Positions 63,513-64,000 of a DNA stretch of 64,000 nt are shown piece by piece. The translations under genes and the position numbers were made by a program. Below the pieces are notes generated by a model. That model worked only from the letters and a program-made list of their open reading frames with translations, ran no database searches and was not told where the DNA came from. This DNA is from Octopus sinensis. Lineage: Eukaryota. Numbering within the stretch: position 1 is the first letter of the stretch; each line of letters begins with the position of its first letter. The stretch spans positions 39,742,001-39,806,000 of the forward strand of contig NC_042999.1 of NCBI RefSeq assembly GCF_006345805.1, given 5' to 3'.

Positions 63513-64000
63513 TATGTATGTATGTGTGTATACGTATGGCAAGAAATTATGTTTTCTCATTTTATGGAAACAAAAGTGTTTATAGGACTGCAAAAAGAAG
63601 TACTCAAAAGTAATTGAGACAGAGATAAAAAGACATTGATCATAGAACAAACATCAAATTCCAGTCAACGACTTTATATATAACACCATACCTCCAAACA
63701 TTTGATCATATACAAACATTACCATGGCTCTCAAATATATAACTTATATATATATATATATATATGTAGGTCCCGGGTTGATTCGGGGTTAACCACAGTA
63801 AATAAGGTACTCAATACATAGCAGAGTAAAATTAATTTATTATATAGAAGGAGCTTCTACAGGACTAGAACTGTTTCATTCAAGAGAAATCTTCAGGAAG
63901 CTAGTTAACAAGAATTGTATTGGCATTTATACATTTAGGCAGGTTTAACGGGGTGTTGGTGGGGGACTTTTTTGGGGGTAGGCATAGCACAAAATATCAT

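Noticed and set aside
63860-63900. Minus-strand CTGAAGA-tttc...gaat-GAAACAGTT
   Set aside because: Core-like, but helix I cannot form next to the putative site; probably a repeat fragment, too weak to call.

Overview
This is AT-rich, microsatellite-dense eukaryotic DNA. The tRNA-derived SINE families resemble those I know from Octopus, so a coleoid cephalopod origin is inferred but not proven. Most of the window looks intronic or intergenic and is made of transposon relics: CR1-type, R4/Dong-type and L1/Tx1-type LINE fragments, Penelope-like (PLE) fragments, many SINEs, three MITEs, and a complete 6,054-bp Helitron (38161-44214) inserted precisely inside an R4-type RT motif, with a short non-autonomous relative. 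The most striking unexplained structure is at 6.6-10.5 kb. It holds two non-coding tandem arrays (432-bp and ~560-bp units), each with a 5' inverted partial copy and (TA)n flanks. Each complete unit carries a minimal type I hammerhead-ribozyme motif with a palindromic helix III, which is the layout of retrozymes or PLE pseudo-LTRs. Several more degenerate hammerhead motifs and several fold-back palindromes are scattered through the window. No host protein could be identified; only low-confidence candidate exons are reported. No rRNA, genuine tRNA or CRISPR array was seen. Boundaries of decayed elements are approximate, and all motif matches were made by eye.
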